Positions 6,170 through 14,205 of a stretch of DNA of 14,244 nt are shown one piece after another. Positions within the stretch are counted from its first letter, which is position 1. Each line of letters opens with the position of its first letter. The position numbers were made by a program, and so were the translations under genes. The stretch is taken from positions 1-14,244 of the forward strand of contig JBDRUX010000066.1 in NCBI GenBank assembly GCA_039801565.1, read 5' to 3'. The DNA is from a candidate division WOR-3 bacterium. Its GTDB lineage: Bacteria > Hydrothermota > Tepidihabitantia > Tepidihabitantales > JAOUPE01. The notes under the pieces were generated by a model, which saw only the letters and a program-made list of their open reading frames with translations, did not search any database and was not told the DNA's origin.

Positions 6170-6961
6170 ATGAAGTACATTAAAGACTACACAATCAAAG
6201 ATGTCCAAGATGTCTACGACGGTCCGGGCGGACTACTTTGGGAAGCGGTGATGGGCGAGCAGATTCACTCCGGCGGACCTGAGGCAACCGATTTTTTGGC
6301 AAAAAAACTGGGCCTTAAGCCCGGAATGGTTGTGGCGGATTTATGTAGCGCCCTTGGTGCACCAGCCCGTCACCTTGCCAGTAAATATGGCGTCTATGTG
6401 AAAGGAGTTGATGCGACAAAGACAATGCTGGCAAAGGCTATCGAACGGACCAAAGCAGCCAAACTTGACCATATGATAGAATACTATGAAGGTAATGTGA
6501 TGGACTTGCCATTCAAATCTGGAACAATTGATGTGGTTTGGGGGCAAGAAGCCTGGTGCTATGTGACCGATAAGAACCGACTGATCCAAGAAGCCTATCG
6601 GGTCTTGAAACCTGGTGGCTTAATTGGCTTCACCGATTGGATTATTACTGGTAAGATTAGCAAAGAAGAACTCGACCCATTATACGATTCGATGGCATTT
6701 CCTTATATGGAGACTTTCCAAGGTTATCAGGAATTGTTGAAGAAAAATGGTTTTAAGGTACTCGAGGCATTGGACCAGACCGAAGAATTTGCCAAATGCT
6801 TTGACCAATATTACGATATGGTGCATAATCAATTAAAGCCGAAAATCCTTAAAGATTTTGGCAAAGACTTATTTGATTTTGCCTCGAATTTGGTTACAAT
6901 ATGGCGGAAAGCAGCCCATGAGCATAAGGTTGGACGCGGTCTCTTTATCGGTAAGAAATGA
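6170..6961 (+). CDS. Class I SAM-dependent methyltransferase (sarcosine/dimethylglycine/phosphoethanolamine-MT-like)
   Basis: SD AAGGAGG 6159-6165; motif I variant VADLCSALGAP, GVD, GNVMDLPF, DVVWGQEAW, YRVLKPGG; GEQIHSGG upstream of motif I. Confidence 0.88.
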   Translation: MKYIKDYTIKDVQDVYDGPGGLLWEAVMGEQIHSGGPEATDFLAKKLGLKPGMVVADLCSALGAPARHLASKYGVYVKGVDATKTMLAKAIERTKAAKLDHMIEYYEGNVMDLPFKSGTIDVVWGQEAWCYVTDKNRLIQEAYRVLKPGGLIGFTDWIITGKISKEELDPLYDSMAFPYMETFQGYQELLKKNGFKVLEALDQTEEFAKCFDQYYDMVHNQLKPKILKDFGKDLFDFASNLVTIWRKAAHEHKVGRGLFIGKK

Positions 6962-6978
6962 GGTGAAGACAAAGGATA

Positions 6979-7017
6979 AGAATTGGGGGCTTAGGGAATG
7001 CTTAAGCCCCCAATTTT
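6979..7017 (+). terminator. Strong hairpin, probably partial intrinsic terminator or mRNA stabiliser
   Basis: AATTGGGGGCTTA (6981-6993) pairs perfectly with TAAGCCCCCAATT (7003-7015); only a short T run follows. Confidence 0.7.
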
Positions 7018-7035
7018 AATCTTAGTGAGAGAAAT

Positions 7036-7665
7036 ATGAATTTTAAGAATATCACGCAAGCAGTTGTGCAAATGGATGCCCAAACAGTCAAAAAACTAAT
7101 CACTCAAGCACTGCAAGCAAAACTGCCACCTCAAGCAATCTTAGAAAAAGGATTAATTGCTGGAATGAAAGAAGTCGGCAGGTTATTTTCAACTAAAGAG
7201 TATTTTGTTCCAGAAGTTTTAATGGCTTCCGAGGCATTTTATGCTGGTTTTGATTTGTTAAGTCCACTGCTAAAAACAATGGGACGGGAAGAAAAAGGCA
7301 AAATCGTTATCGGTGTGGTTGAGGGCGATATTCACGATATTGGCAAAAATATCGTTAAGGTGATGCTCGAAGCTTCCGGGTATCAGGTCATTGATTTAGG
7401 CAAGGATGTGCCAAGCGAAAGATTCATTGAAACAGTGCGACGAGAAAAGCCAGCAGTCCTGGCTTTGTCGGCTTTAATGACAACAACAATGGTAAAGATG
7501 GGTGATGTAATTGCACAGCTTGAACAAGAAAAACTGCGGGAAAGTGTTAAAGTTATCATTGGCGGGGCCCCGGTTAGTGAGCACTTTGCAAAGAAAATTG
7601 GTGCTGACGGTTACGGTGAAGATGCGTCGGCAGCGGTTAAACTGGTTGAGGGGTTGATTGGATAA
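7036..7665 (+). CDS. Methyltransferase cognate corrinoid (B12-binding) protein, MtaC/MttC-like
   Basis: N-terminal cap domain (GLIAGMKEVG..F...EYFVPEVL); GDIHDIGKNIV (DxHxxG), SALMTTT, IIGGAP, IGADGY. Confidence 0.95.
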   Translation: MNFKNITQAVVQMDAQTVKKLITQALQAKLPPQAILEKGLIAGMKEVGRLFSTKEYFVPEVLMASEAFYAGFDLLSPLLKTMGREEKGKIVIGVVEGDIHDIGKNIVKVMLEASGYQVIDLGKDVPSERFIETVRREKPAVLALSALMTTTMVKMGDVIAQLEQEKLRESVKVIIGGAPVSEHFAKKIGADGYGEDASAAVKLVEGLIG

Positions 7666-8584
7666 AATAAGTCAGGTTATCCAAAGGAAAAGGAAATTCG
7701 CGGTCTTTCCAATGGTTTGTGCTGACCATTGTGCCCGATTGTTAAATATGAACTTTCCAGAAGTAATAAACGATGGTAACAAATTAGCTCAAGTCTTAGA
7801 ATATGGCTTAAAGACCTATCAATATGATATGGTCTTAGTCTTCACCGACCCTTATGTCGAAGCCCAAGCTTTGGGTTGCCCAATTGCTTTCCCATCATTT
7901 TTTGGTAATCCAATTTTGCTTGGTCCGCAATCCAATTCGCCTAATGTTGGTTGTGACCGTACCAGTGTAATTATCCAGGCGGCTCAGTTATTAAAACAGA
8001 GAGTCGCTGTCCCGGTTTTCGTTTCCATTAAAGGTCCATTCAGTTTAGCTTCTTTTTTAACTGGCATCCAGAACTTTTTAAAAGGTTTGCCAAAAAAAGA
8101 TAAGCGCATTCAAAAAGCAATCGCTCAAGCCTTAGAATTTCAACTCGATTATCTGGCTCGATTGTTAAAGATTGGCGTCAATATTTTTATCGGCGACCCA
8201 ATGGCATCAGCCAGTGTTATTTCACCAAAAATCTTCCAGCGTTTCGCCTTCCAACCGCTTAAAGTCTTAATCAATAAGATTAAAAGTGAAAAACGCATAG
8301 TCGGTCTTCATATCTGTGGCAATACAAAACCAATAATTTCCATCCTTGATGAACTTGGTGCCGATATTTTAAGTATTGAGGATATTACACCCAAAACGAA
8401 TACTTTAAAGATGGGCGGTGTCGCAACTGATACGATATTGACGAACAATAAGACTAAACTGATTGAAGAAGTTAAAAGGGCTTTAAGCGAACCCTATTTG
8501 ATTTTAGCTACCGCCTGCGATGTGCCAATGGAAACTGATTCCCAGAATATCAAATTAATGATGGAAATTGCTCGCAGCATTTAA
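7658..8584 (+). CDS. URO-D/MtaA-family methylcobamide methyltransferase (divergent, short)
   Basis: VEAQALGC, KGPFSLA, GDPMASASVISP, LHICG and LATACDVP (His-x-Cys...Cys Zn ligands); TTG start overlapping the upstream gene. Confidence 0.85.
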   Translation: MDKISQVIQRKRKFAVFPMVCADHCARLLNMNFPEVINDGNKLAQVLEYGLKTYQYDMVLVFTDPYVEAQALGCPIAFPSFFGNPILLGPQSNSPNVGCDRTSVIIQAAQLLKQRVAVPVFVSIKGPFSLASFLTGIQNFLKGLPKKDKRIQKAIAQALEFQLDYLARLLKIGVNIFIGDPMASASVISPKIFQRFAFQPLKVLINKIKSEKRIVGLHICGNTKPIISILDELGADILSIEDITPKTNTLKMGGVATDTILTNNKTKLIEEVKRALSEPYLILATACDVPMETDSQNIKLMMEIARSI

Positions 8585-8589
8585 GGAGA

Positions 8590-9726
8590 ATGCAAAATCA
8601 TCAATTTGGTCTGGCAATTGACCTTGGTACCACAACAATTAAAGCGGCTTTAGTCAATCTTAAAAAAGGCAGGGTAAAAAAGAAGGTAACTATCTTTAAT
8701 CCCCAGAATAGTTTGGGTGGCGATGTGATGACCCGAATCAGTATTGCCCTAAAGAATAACTATCAAAGATTAAGAAGACTACTTTTGTCTGGAATTTGTG
8801 ATGTCCGAGAGCGACTTGGTATTACCAAACCTGTCTTTACCACTGTGGTCGGTAATCCGGTAATGTTATCGTTTTATCTAAATAAACCAGTCATTGGACT
8901 TAGCCAATATCCGTTTAAAAGTGAAGTTAATGATGGCAAATTTTTTAGAAATCCAACCCGTTACGTCTTTCCAATAATCGGCGGATTTGTTGGGGGTGAT
9001 ACAATCGCTGGAATCTTAGCCAGCGGTATTTCTCAAAAAGAAGGAATTTTTCTCTATATTGACCTTGGCACAAACGGTGAGATAGCCCTAATTACTCCAG
9101 ACCGCATCTTAGCTCTTTCGGCTGCTGCCGGACCAGCTTTTGAAGGTATTGGTATCAGTTGTGGTAGTTTGGCGATTGCCGGTGCGATTGACCAAATCAC
9201 CTACCAGCGCGGGTTTCGATTCCACACTATAAAGAATAAAGAACCAATTGGAATCTGCGCCTCTGGTTTAATTGACCTATTGGCAGTTTTACTAAGTTTA
9301 GGTTGGTTACGGTCCGATGGGCGGTTATTAAAAGAAATTGCAATTCCCAAAACCGGTCTTCGGTTAACGCAAACCGATATTCGGAAATTACAATTAGCAA
9401 TTGGCGCAATTCGTACTGGTATTGAAATTCTTTTAGCAAAAATTGGTATCAAACCCGCTGCACTAACCGAAACGATTCTCACTGGTGAACTTGGCTCTTC
9501 CCTTAATCCTAATTCGCTAATCCGAGTTGGACTACTGCCTACGGGCATTAAAAAAATCCGTTTTGCAAAAGATTTACCACTAAAGGGAGCCACCAAAGTC
9601 TTATACGACAAGAATGCATTTAAGCAAGTAAGGAAAATTAAAAGAAGATGCGAGCACTTGGAACTGGCGAACGAACCCGATTTCCAAAAGCGGTTTGTCG
9701 CCAATTTAAAATTAGCACCATGGTAA
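8590..9726 (+). CDS. RACo/RamA-like reductive activator of corrinoid protein (ASKHA, DUF4445), lacking an Fe-S domain
   Basis: AIDLGTTT, NPQ..LGGDVMTRI, GGFVGGD, IDLGTNGEI, AAGPAFEG, GICASG, TQTDIRKLQLA motifs; SD AAGGAG upstream. Confidence 0.88.
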   Translation: MQNHQFGLAIDLGTTTIKAALVNLKKGRVKKKVTIFNPQNSLGGDVMTRISIALKNNYQRLRRLLLSGICDVRERLGITKPVFTTVVGNPVMLSFYLNKPVIGLSQYPFKSEVNDGKFFRNPTRYVFPIIGGFVGGDTIAGILASGISQKEGIFLYIDLGTNGEIALITPDRILALSAAAGPAFEGIGISCGSLAIAGAIDQITYQRGFRFHTIKNKEPIGICASGLIDLLAVLLSLGWLRSDGRLLKEIAIPKTGLRLTQTDIRKLQLAIGAIRTGIEILLAKIGIKPAALTETILTGELGSSLNPNSLIRVGLLPTGIKKIRFAKDLPLKGATKVLYDKNAFKQVRKIKRRCEHLELANEPDFQKRFVANLKLAPW

Positions 9727-10703
9727 AAAATTTGATTGGTTATACTTGTTCGTATATTCCAGTTGAATTATTAGCCGCAACCGGTTTTCGACCTTATCGG
9801 TTACTGCACGGCGAAATAAGATTTGTCAATGAAGGCGAGAAATTAGTAAGAGTCGATGCCTGTCCTTTAGTTAAGGCGAATCTTGGCTATCTTCTTGCGA
9901 ATAAGGATAAATTTGTTTGCATAGTTGGTACATCCGGTTGTGATATGACAAGAAGGATGTTTGATGTTCTTACTTCTTTAACTGATATACCAACTTATCT
10001 TTTAAATAATCCCCGAACCGACAAACCACAAATCTTTTATGATGAGATTGATTGGTTAGTTAGAGAATTAGAAATCCTCTCCCAACGAAAATTTACTGAT
10101 GAGTTATTAGATAATGAGATTGAACGATGGGAGACTGCCCGGAACTACTGTCGTCGCCTGAATCAAAAACGAGCGGCGAATCCCTCTCTAATTTCCACTG
10201 CCGATTTCGCCCAAGTTTGTATAAGTTACCATCGAGGGAAAATTGGTTTTGGCTTCAATATTGCCGAAAAAATTTCGCTTCAGCCACGGGTCTACCTATT
10301 AGGCAGTCCAATCCCTTATGAAGCACAATCGGTCATTGAGTTAATAGAGCAGAATTTGCGAATTGTTGGCGATTTTAATTGCGGAATTTCGCGATTCCTC
10401 AATATTAAAATTAAAGAAAAGGATTTAACTGGTATAAAGGAGGCGTATTATTATCAGACACCTTGTATCTATAAACGACCTAACAATCAATTTTATCAAC
10501 AAATCGAAAGCGAGATTAAAGAGTTAGGTTGTAAAGGCATAATCGCTTGGACTTTAGATTATTGTGATAACTACGAGTTTGAATTGAAGCGGTCGGAGCG
10601 GATTTTTGGTCTACCAATTTTACGACTTAGAAGCGATTTGTCATTGCAAAACACAAGTCAATTGAAAACCCGAATCGATGCCTTTGCTGAAATGATTCAA
10701 TAA
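9720..10703 (+). CDS. 2-hydroxyacyl-CoA dehydratase family (HgdB/FldC-like) Fe-S subunit
   Basis: True start probably ATG 9720 (MVKNLIGYTCSYIPVELL), overlapping the upstream stop; DACP, GCD, FNC, PC, YCD and QLKTRIDAFAE motifs. Confidence 0.85.
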   Translation: MVKNLIGYTCSYIPVELLAATGFRPYRLLHGEIRFVNEGEKLVRVDACPLVKANLGYLLANKDKFVCIVGTSGCDMTRRMFDVLTSLTDIPTYLLNNPRTDKPQIFYDEIDWLVRELEILSQRKFTDELLDNEIERWETARNYCRRLNQKRAANPSLISTADFAQVCISYHRGKIGFGFNIAEKISLQPRVYLLGSPIPYEAQSVIELIEQNLRIVGDFNCGISRFLNIKIKEKDLTGIKEAYYYQTPCIYKRPNNQFYQQIESEIKELGCKGIIAWTLDYCDNYEFELKRSERIFGLPILRLRSDLSLQNTSQLKTRIDAFAEMIQ

Positions 10704-10706
10704 ATT

Positions 10707-12140
10707 ATGTTTCAAGCCCCGAAACCGAAAAAAATTGGCCTGAATGAATGGAGTGAACAATTTAAACTGATTCCTGACCAATTGATTAAAAAGTATTGTT
10801 ACTATCATAATTCGGAATGGGGGATCTATCTCTCACCACCGGCAACATTTATGGTTTACGGAGCCAGAGAACTCAAACGGTTAAAATTTGACAATTCTTT
10901 AGCCTGCTTGAGATTATGGGGTTTTGTCTTTAATGAGTCAGAACGATTGTTTCGTGCCAAGCAGATTGGAAAGAAATTGATTGCCACAATGGGTGACCTT
11001 GGTACCGTGCCGGTAATTGTTATGGCTTTTCCGGATTGTGTGCCATTTTATCCGGAATGTATCTGGTGGACACCATTCTTCAAGGAATCAACCGTTCTAT
11101 TAGATACTGCCGCCGAATTAGGCGCTCCGGAAGCAACTTGCTTTTCGAAAGCCGCTTTAGCCGCTTTTTACAAAAGGGCGTATTTTCCAAAACCCGATTT
11201 AATCTTTGCTTCAACTGGTGCATCCTGCGATGACTATTCCTGTGTAATGCAACTGGTAGCAGATTTGGGCTATGAGCCGGTCTGGCTTGAGATACCACTG
11301 CGCAAAGATTCGACAAATCCTGAAGACTTATGTCGACAGAAGGACTTGCCAAAGAGATTTAAGAACAGAGAAATCACCGATTCGAAATTCGAAATTCAAA
11401 ATTCAAAATTAGAAGATTATTTAATTAACGAGTACCAACTGGTATGGAAAACCCTGGTAAATATTACTGGCAGCGAAGACAAAAATCTCCTGCTAAAAAG
11501 TATTAAAAAGGCAAACCACTTACGCCAACTGGTTGCGCGCATAAAAGAATTGACTTATACCGCAGCAATTGCACCGTTACCGGCTCTGGAATTAATGACA
11601 ATTGAGTTTGGTAATCTTTACGGTTATGCTGATTTTGATGAATGGATTGCGATACTTGAAATGGTATATGAAATGGTAAAGAAGCGTGTTGAGAAAGGCG
11701 TGGGAGTTTTGCTCGAATCCGCTATCCCAATTGCTTGGATAACACCATCGGCTGACCCGTTGCTATTAAATTTTGTTGAAGACCTTGGTTTACGAATTGT
11801 CGCAACTGAATATGTGATTAATCAAGCCTTGGTGCCAATTGAAGAGGATGTCGAACCGTTCCGAGCATTGGCGCGTTCTTTCTTAAAGGCATCTTTGATT
11901 GGTTCAACTCAAGAAAGGGTCAAAAGGATTAATACGGACATAAAGAGCGGTAAAATTAAAGGTGTCTTGATAACTAATATGCTTGGCGCTTCCCATTGTG
12001 CAATGGAAACAAGAATCATTGAAAAACTATTGAGCGATGTGCCAGTCTTAACGATTGATGTACCAACGCCATTTGGTATCACCGAACAACTGAAGACAAG
12101 ACTCATTGCTTTTGCTGAAACCCTCAGGAGTCAAAAATGA
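10707..12140 (+). CDS. 2-hydroxyacyl-CoA dehydratase family (HgdA/FldB-like) Fe-S subunit, divergent
   Basis: PFYPEC, EATCFSK, PKPDLI...ASCDD, SHC and EQLKTRLIAFAETL motifs. Confidence 0.8.
   Translation: MFQAPKPKKIGLNEWSEQFKLIPDQLIKKYCYYHNSEWGIYLSPPATFMVYGARELKRLKFDNSLACLRLWGFVFNESERLFRAKQIGKKLIATMGDLGTVPVIVMAFPDCVPFYPECIWWTPFFKESTVLLDTAAELGAPEATCFSKAALAAFYKRAYFPKPDLIFASTGASCDDYSCVMQLVADLGYEPVWLEIPLRKDSTNPEDLCRQKDLPKRFKNREITDSKFEIQNSKLEDYLINEYQLVWKTLVNITGSEDKNLLLKSIKKANHLRQLVARIKELTYTAAIAPLPALELMTIEFGNLYGYADFDEWIAILEMVYEMVKKRVEKGVGVLLESAIPIAWITPSADPLLLNFVEDLGLRIVATEYVINQALVPIEEDVEPFRALARSFLKASLIGSTQERVKRINTDIKSGKIKGVLITNMLGASHCAMETRIIEKLLSDVPVLTIDVPTPFGITEQLKTRLIAFAETLRSQK
11381..11415 (+). 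repeat. Heptamer tandem repeat inside CDS
   Basis: ttcgaaa ttcgaaa ttcaaaa ttcaaaa ttagaag. Confidence 0.7.
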
Positions 12141-13168
12141 AAGAGATTCTAAATGCTCGAGAACGGTTCGGTCTATTGGTGATTGATGAAAAACCCGACC
12201 GCTGTAATATCATTCCTTTAATCACTTCCCATTCGGCAACGATTTTAGGTATTAGCTTAAAAGAATATTATACTGATGGCACAAAAATGGCAAAAGCCCA
12301 GATTGCAGCAATTGAAAAATATGGTCACGATGCGATTTCAATTTTCTCAGAAGTGGGCATCATTGCCGAAGCGCTTGGCTCAGAATTCGATTATCCGGAA
12401 GATGATTTGCCAAAACTTCGTTTACCAGCATTAACCAAAATTGCTGTTGCAGACTTAAAAGCTCCTGACCCAAAAAAAGATAGCCGGTTGCCAGTTTATT
12501 TAGAAGCAATTGATTATGCCTATTCTGCAGTGGGCGATAAAATCCCCGTTCTTGCTTATATTCCAGCGCCGTTTACCACCGGAATGTTACTCACCGACCC
12601 CAATCAGTTTTTACTCGATACCATAAGAAATCCCAGTCGGGTGAAGGCAATAATTGAGATTGGTCTTAAGAGTGCAATTGATTTCTGTTATGAGATTATT
12701 AATGTTGGTGGTTTGCCGATTTTAGTTGACCCCTTAGCTTCGGGCAGTGTCATTAGTCCCAAGGCATATAAAGAATTTGCCCTACCCGGTGAGCAGGCTC
12801 TTATTCAATTTCTGCATCGCTACGATTTTGATGTTATCCTCCATATCTGCGGTGACACAACTCCAATCCTTGATTTACTCCTTTTAACCGGTGCTGATTT
12901 AATTAGTTTGGATAAGGTTAATCTAAACTTGGCAATTGAAAAATTAGCCAAAAAGATGCGAATCATTGGTAACTTTGATACCACAAAAATTGGCTTTGAT
13001 GACCCGAATGTTATTAAACGAGAGACGCAAGCGATGGTGAAAATTGGAATGAAAGCCGAAAAAGGTTACATCGCGGCTACTGGTTGTGAAGTCCCAATCT
13101 ATGCTCCCAAGGAAAATGTTAAGGCATTTATCAATGCGGTAAAGGAAGTCGGATGGTATTGGGATTAG
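12137..13168 (+). CDS. URO-D/MtaA-family methylcobamide methyltransferase
   Basis: AEALGS, PAPFT, DPLASGSVISP..YKEFALP, LHICG, GNFD, ATGCEVP...ENVKA motifs; ATGA overlap. Confidence 0.92.
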   Translation: MKEILNARERFGLLVIDEKPDRCNIIPLITSHSATILGISLKEYYTDGTKMAKAQIAAIEKYGHDAISIFSEVGIIAEALGSEFDYPEDDLPKLRLPALTKIAVADLKAPDPKKDSRLPVYLEAIDYAYSAVGDKIPVLAYIPAPFTTGMLLTDPNQFLLDTIRNPSRVKAIIEIGLKSAIDFCYEIINVGGLPILVDPLASGSVISPKAYKEFALPGEQALIQFLHRYDFDVILHICGDTTPILDLLLLTGADLISLDKVNLNLAIEKLAKKMRIIGNFDTTKIGFDDPNVIKRETQAMVKIGMKAEKGYIAATGCEVPIYAPKENVKAFINAVKEVGWYWD

Positions 13169-13878
13169 ACATCGGTTCTTGTTATACCAAGGGCGTTCTT
13201 TTCGATAAAACGATTAAAAAGAGTATTCTTGTAAAAACCGCTTTCCGACCCAAACAGGCGATTGCTGAAGTGATGAAACAATTGAGTGGTTATGATAAGA
13301 TTGCGGTAACTGGTTATGGCCGCGAATTGGTGCCCAATCCTAATTTAGTAATTACCGAAATTACCGCAACCGCGCGCGGCTGCTGGTTCATAAATCCTTC
13401 GGTTCGGACCATCATTGATATTGGCGGTCAGGACAGTAAAGTGATTAAAGTCTCGCAAGGCAGAGTCGAGCGGTTTGTGATGAATGACCGGTGTGCTGCC
13501 GGCACAGGAAATTTCATTGAAAAGATTGCCCAAGCCTTGGAATTATCCTTAGAAGAATTTGGCAAGCAAGCTGTAAAATCCAATCAGCCAGCCCAGATTG
13601 ATTCATTATGTGTTGTAATGGCGGAAACAGAAATATTGAGTTTAGTGAATGAAGGTAAAAGACTGGAAGACATCGTGGCTGGTGTTTGCGATGCCTTGGT
13701 GAGAAGGATTGTCAATATTGGCAGTCAGATTGGTATTGAAGAACCGATAATGTTCTGCGGCGGCGGTGCATTAAATCCAGGTTTAATCAAAGCAATGAAA
13801 AGAATCTTCGGTGGGATTATCGTCCCACCCGACCCGCAATTCATCGGCGCACTCGGCGCAGCCGTCTCAATCGCTTAG
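13153..13878 (+). CDS. Second ATP-dependent [4Fe-4S] activator (HgdC/BcrAD-type ASKHA ATPase)
   Basis: GLDIGS, VTGYGR, IDIGGQDSK, MNDRCAAGTGNF, SLCVVMAETE, GGGA, GALGAA. Confidence 0.93.
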   Translation: MVLGLDIGSCYTKGVLFDKTIKKSILVKTAFRPKQAIAEVMKQLSGYDKIAVTGYGRELVPNPNLVITEITATARGCWFINPSVRTIIDIGGQDSKVIKVSQGRVERFVMNDRCAAGTGNFIEKIAQALELSLEEFGKQAVKSNQPAQIDSLCVVMAETEILSLVNEGKRLEDIVAGVCDALVRRIVNIGSQIGIEEPIMFCGGGALNPGLIKAMKRIFGGIIVPPDPQFIGALGAAVSIA

Positions 13879-13939
13879 TCAAAAAGCCAACGGATTTCAA
13901 CCTATGACGCGGTATAAATTTTATTTTTATCATGTTTTT

Positions 13940-14169
13940 TTAAAAAATAACCTGCGCTGCACTACAGGTCCGAAGATAAAGAAGAATTAACCCTAAGGCT
14001 GGATTCTTTAATCTGCCTTTCTCTAAATGTGAGATGTAACTATCCTTCGTTTTAGATGATAGTCCAATTTTTTCCGCAACTTCGGTTTTAAGACCATCCT
14101 GCTCGTTTGCGGATTTTTCTTAAAAATTTCTGCCATTTCTTTAGTAAAAATGAAGGACTTTTTCGACAT
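13940..14169 (-). pseudogene. Frameshifted XRE-family HTH transcriptional regulator
   Basis: Joining three frames across two +1 shifts gives MSKKSFIFTKEMAEIFKK/IRKRAGWS/KTEVAEKIGLSSKTKDSYISHLEKGRLKNPALGLILLYLRTCSAAQVIF*, a recognisable HTH_XRE pattern. Confidence 0.75.
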
Positions 14170-14176
14170 TAAAAAT

Positions 14177-14205
14177 ATTATAACGAAGTTGAAATATATT
14201 TCAAC
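14177..14205 (-). promoter_or_regulatory. Minus-strand sigma70 promoter with a perfect 18-bp palindrome over the -35 box
   Basis: On - strand TTGAAA (14204-14199) - 16 nt - TATAAT (14182-14177), ATG at 14169 about at +1; GTTGAAATATATTTCAAC (14188-14205) is self-complementary. Confidence 0.65.

Noticed and set aside
6959..7015. Sec readthrough at the methyltransferase stop (TGA GGT GAA GAC AAA GGA TAA) with the downstream hairpin as SECIS
   Set aside because: Would add only five residues with no redox motif; hairpin lacks the GGUC loop/20-nt spacing and looks like a terminator.
9648..9719. Longer N-terminus for the HgdB-like gene as in the ORF track
   Set aside because: Overlaps the RACo-like gene by 79 nt; family similarity begins at Met 9720.
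7658..13168. hemE (true uroporphyrinogen decarboxylase) or hgcAB mercury-methylation genes
   Set aside because: URO-D-fold proteins have HICG...C Zn ligands and sit beside a corrinoid protein (MtaA-type); the corrinoid protein has DxHxxG, not the HgcA N(V/I)WCA motif.
4000..13533. Short antisense and alternate-frame ORFs within the operon (e.g. 4496-4765, 5612-6034, 9201-9704, 11080-11352)
   Set aside because: Fully overlap well-supported CDSs and show no motifs; shadow ORFs.
970..13878. Genome-wide UGA recoding (genetic code 4/25)
   Set aside because: Several genes end at TGA exactly where the family domain ends or in ATGA overlaps, and no long CDS has an internal TGA, so UGA is normally stop.
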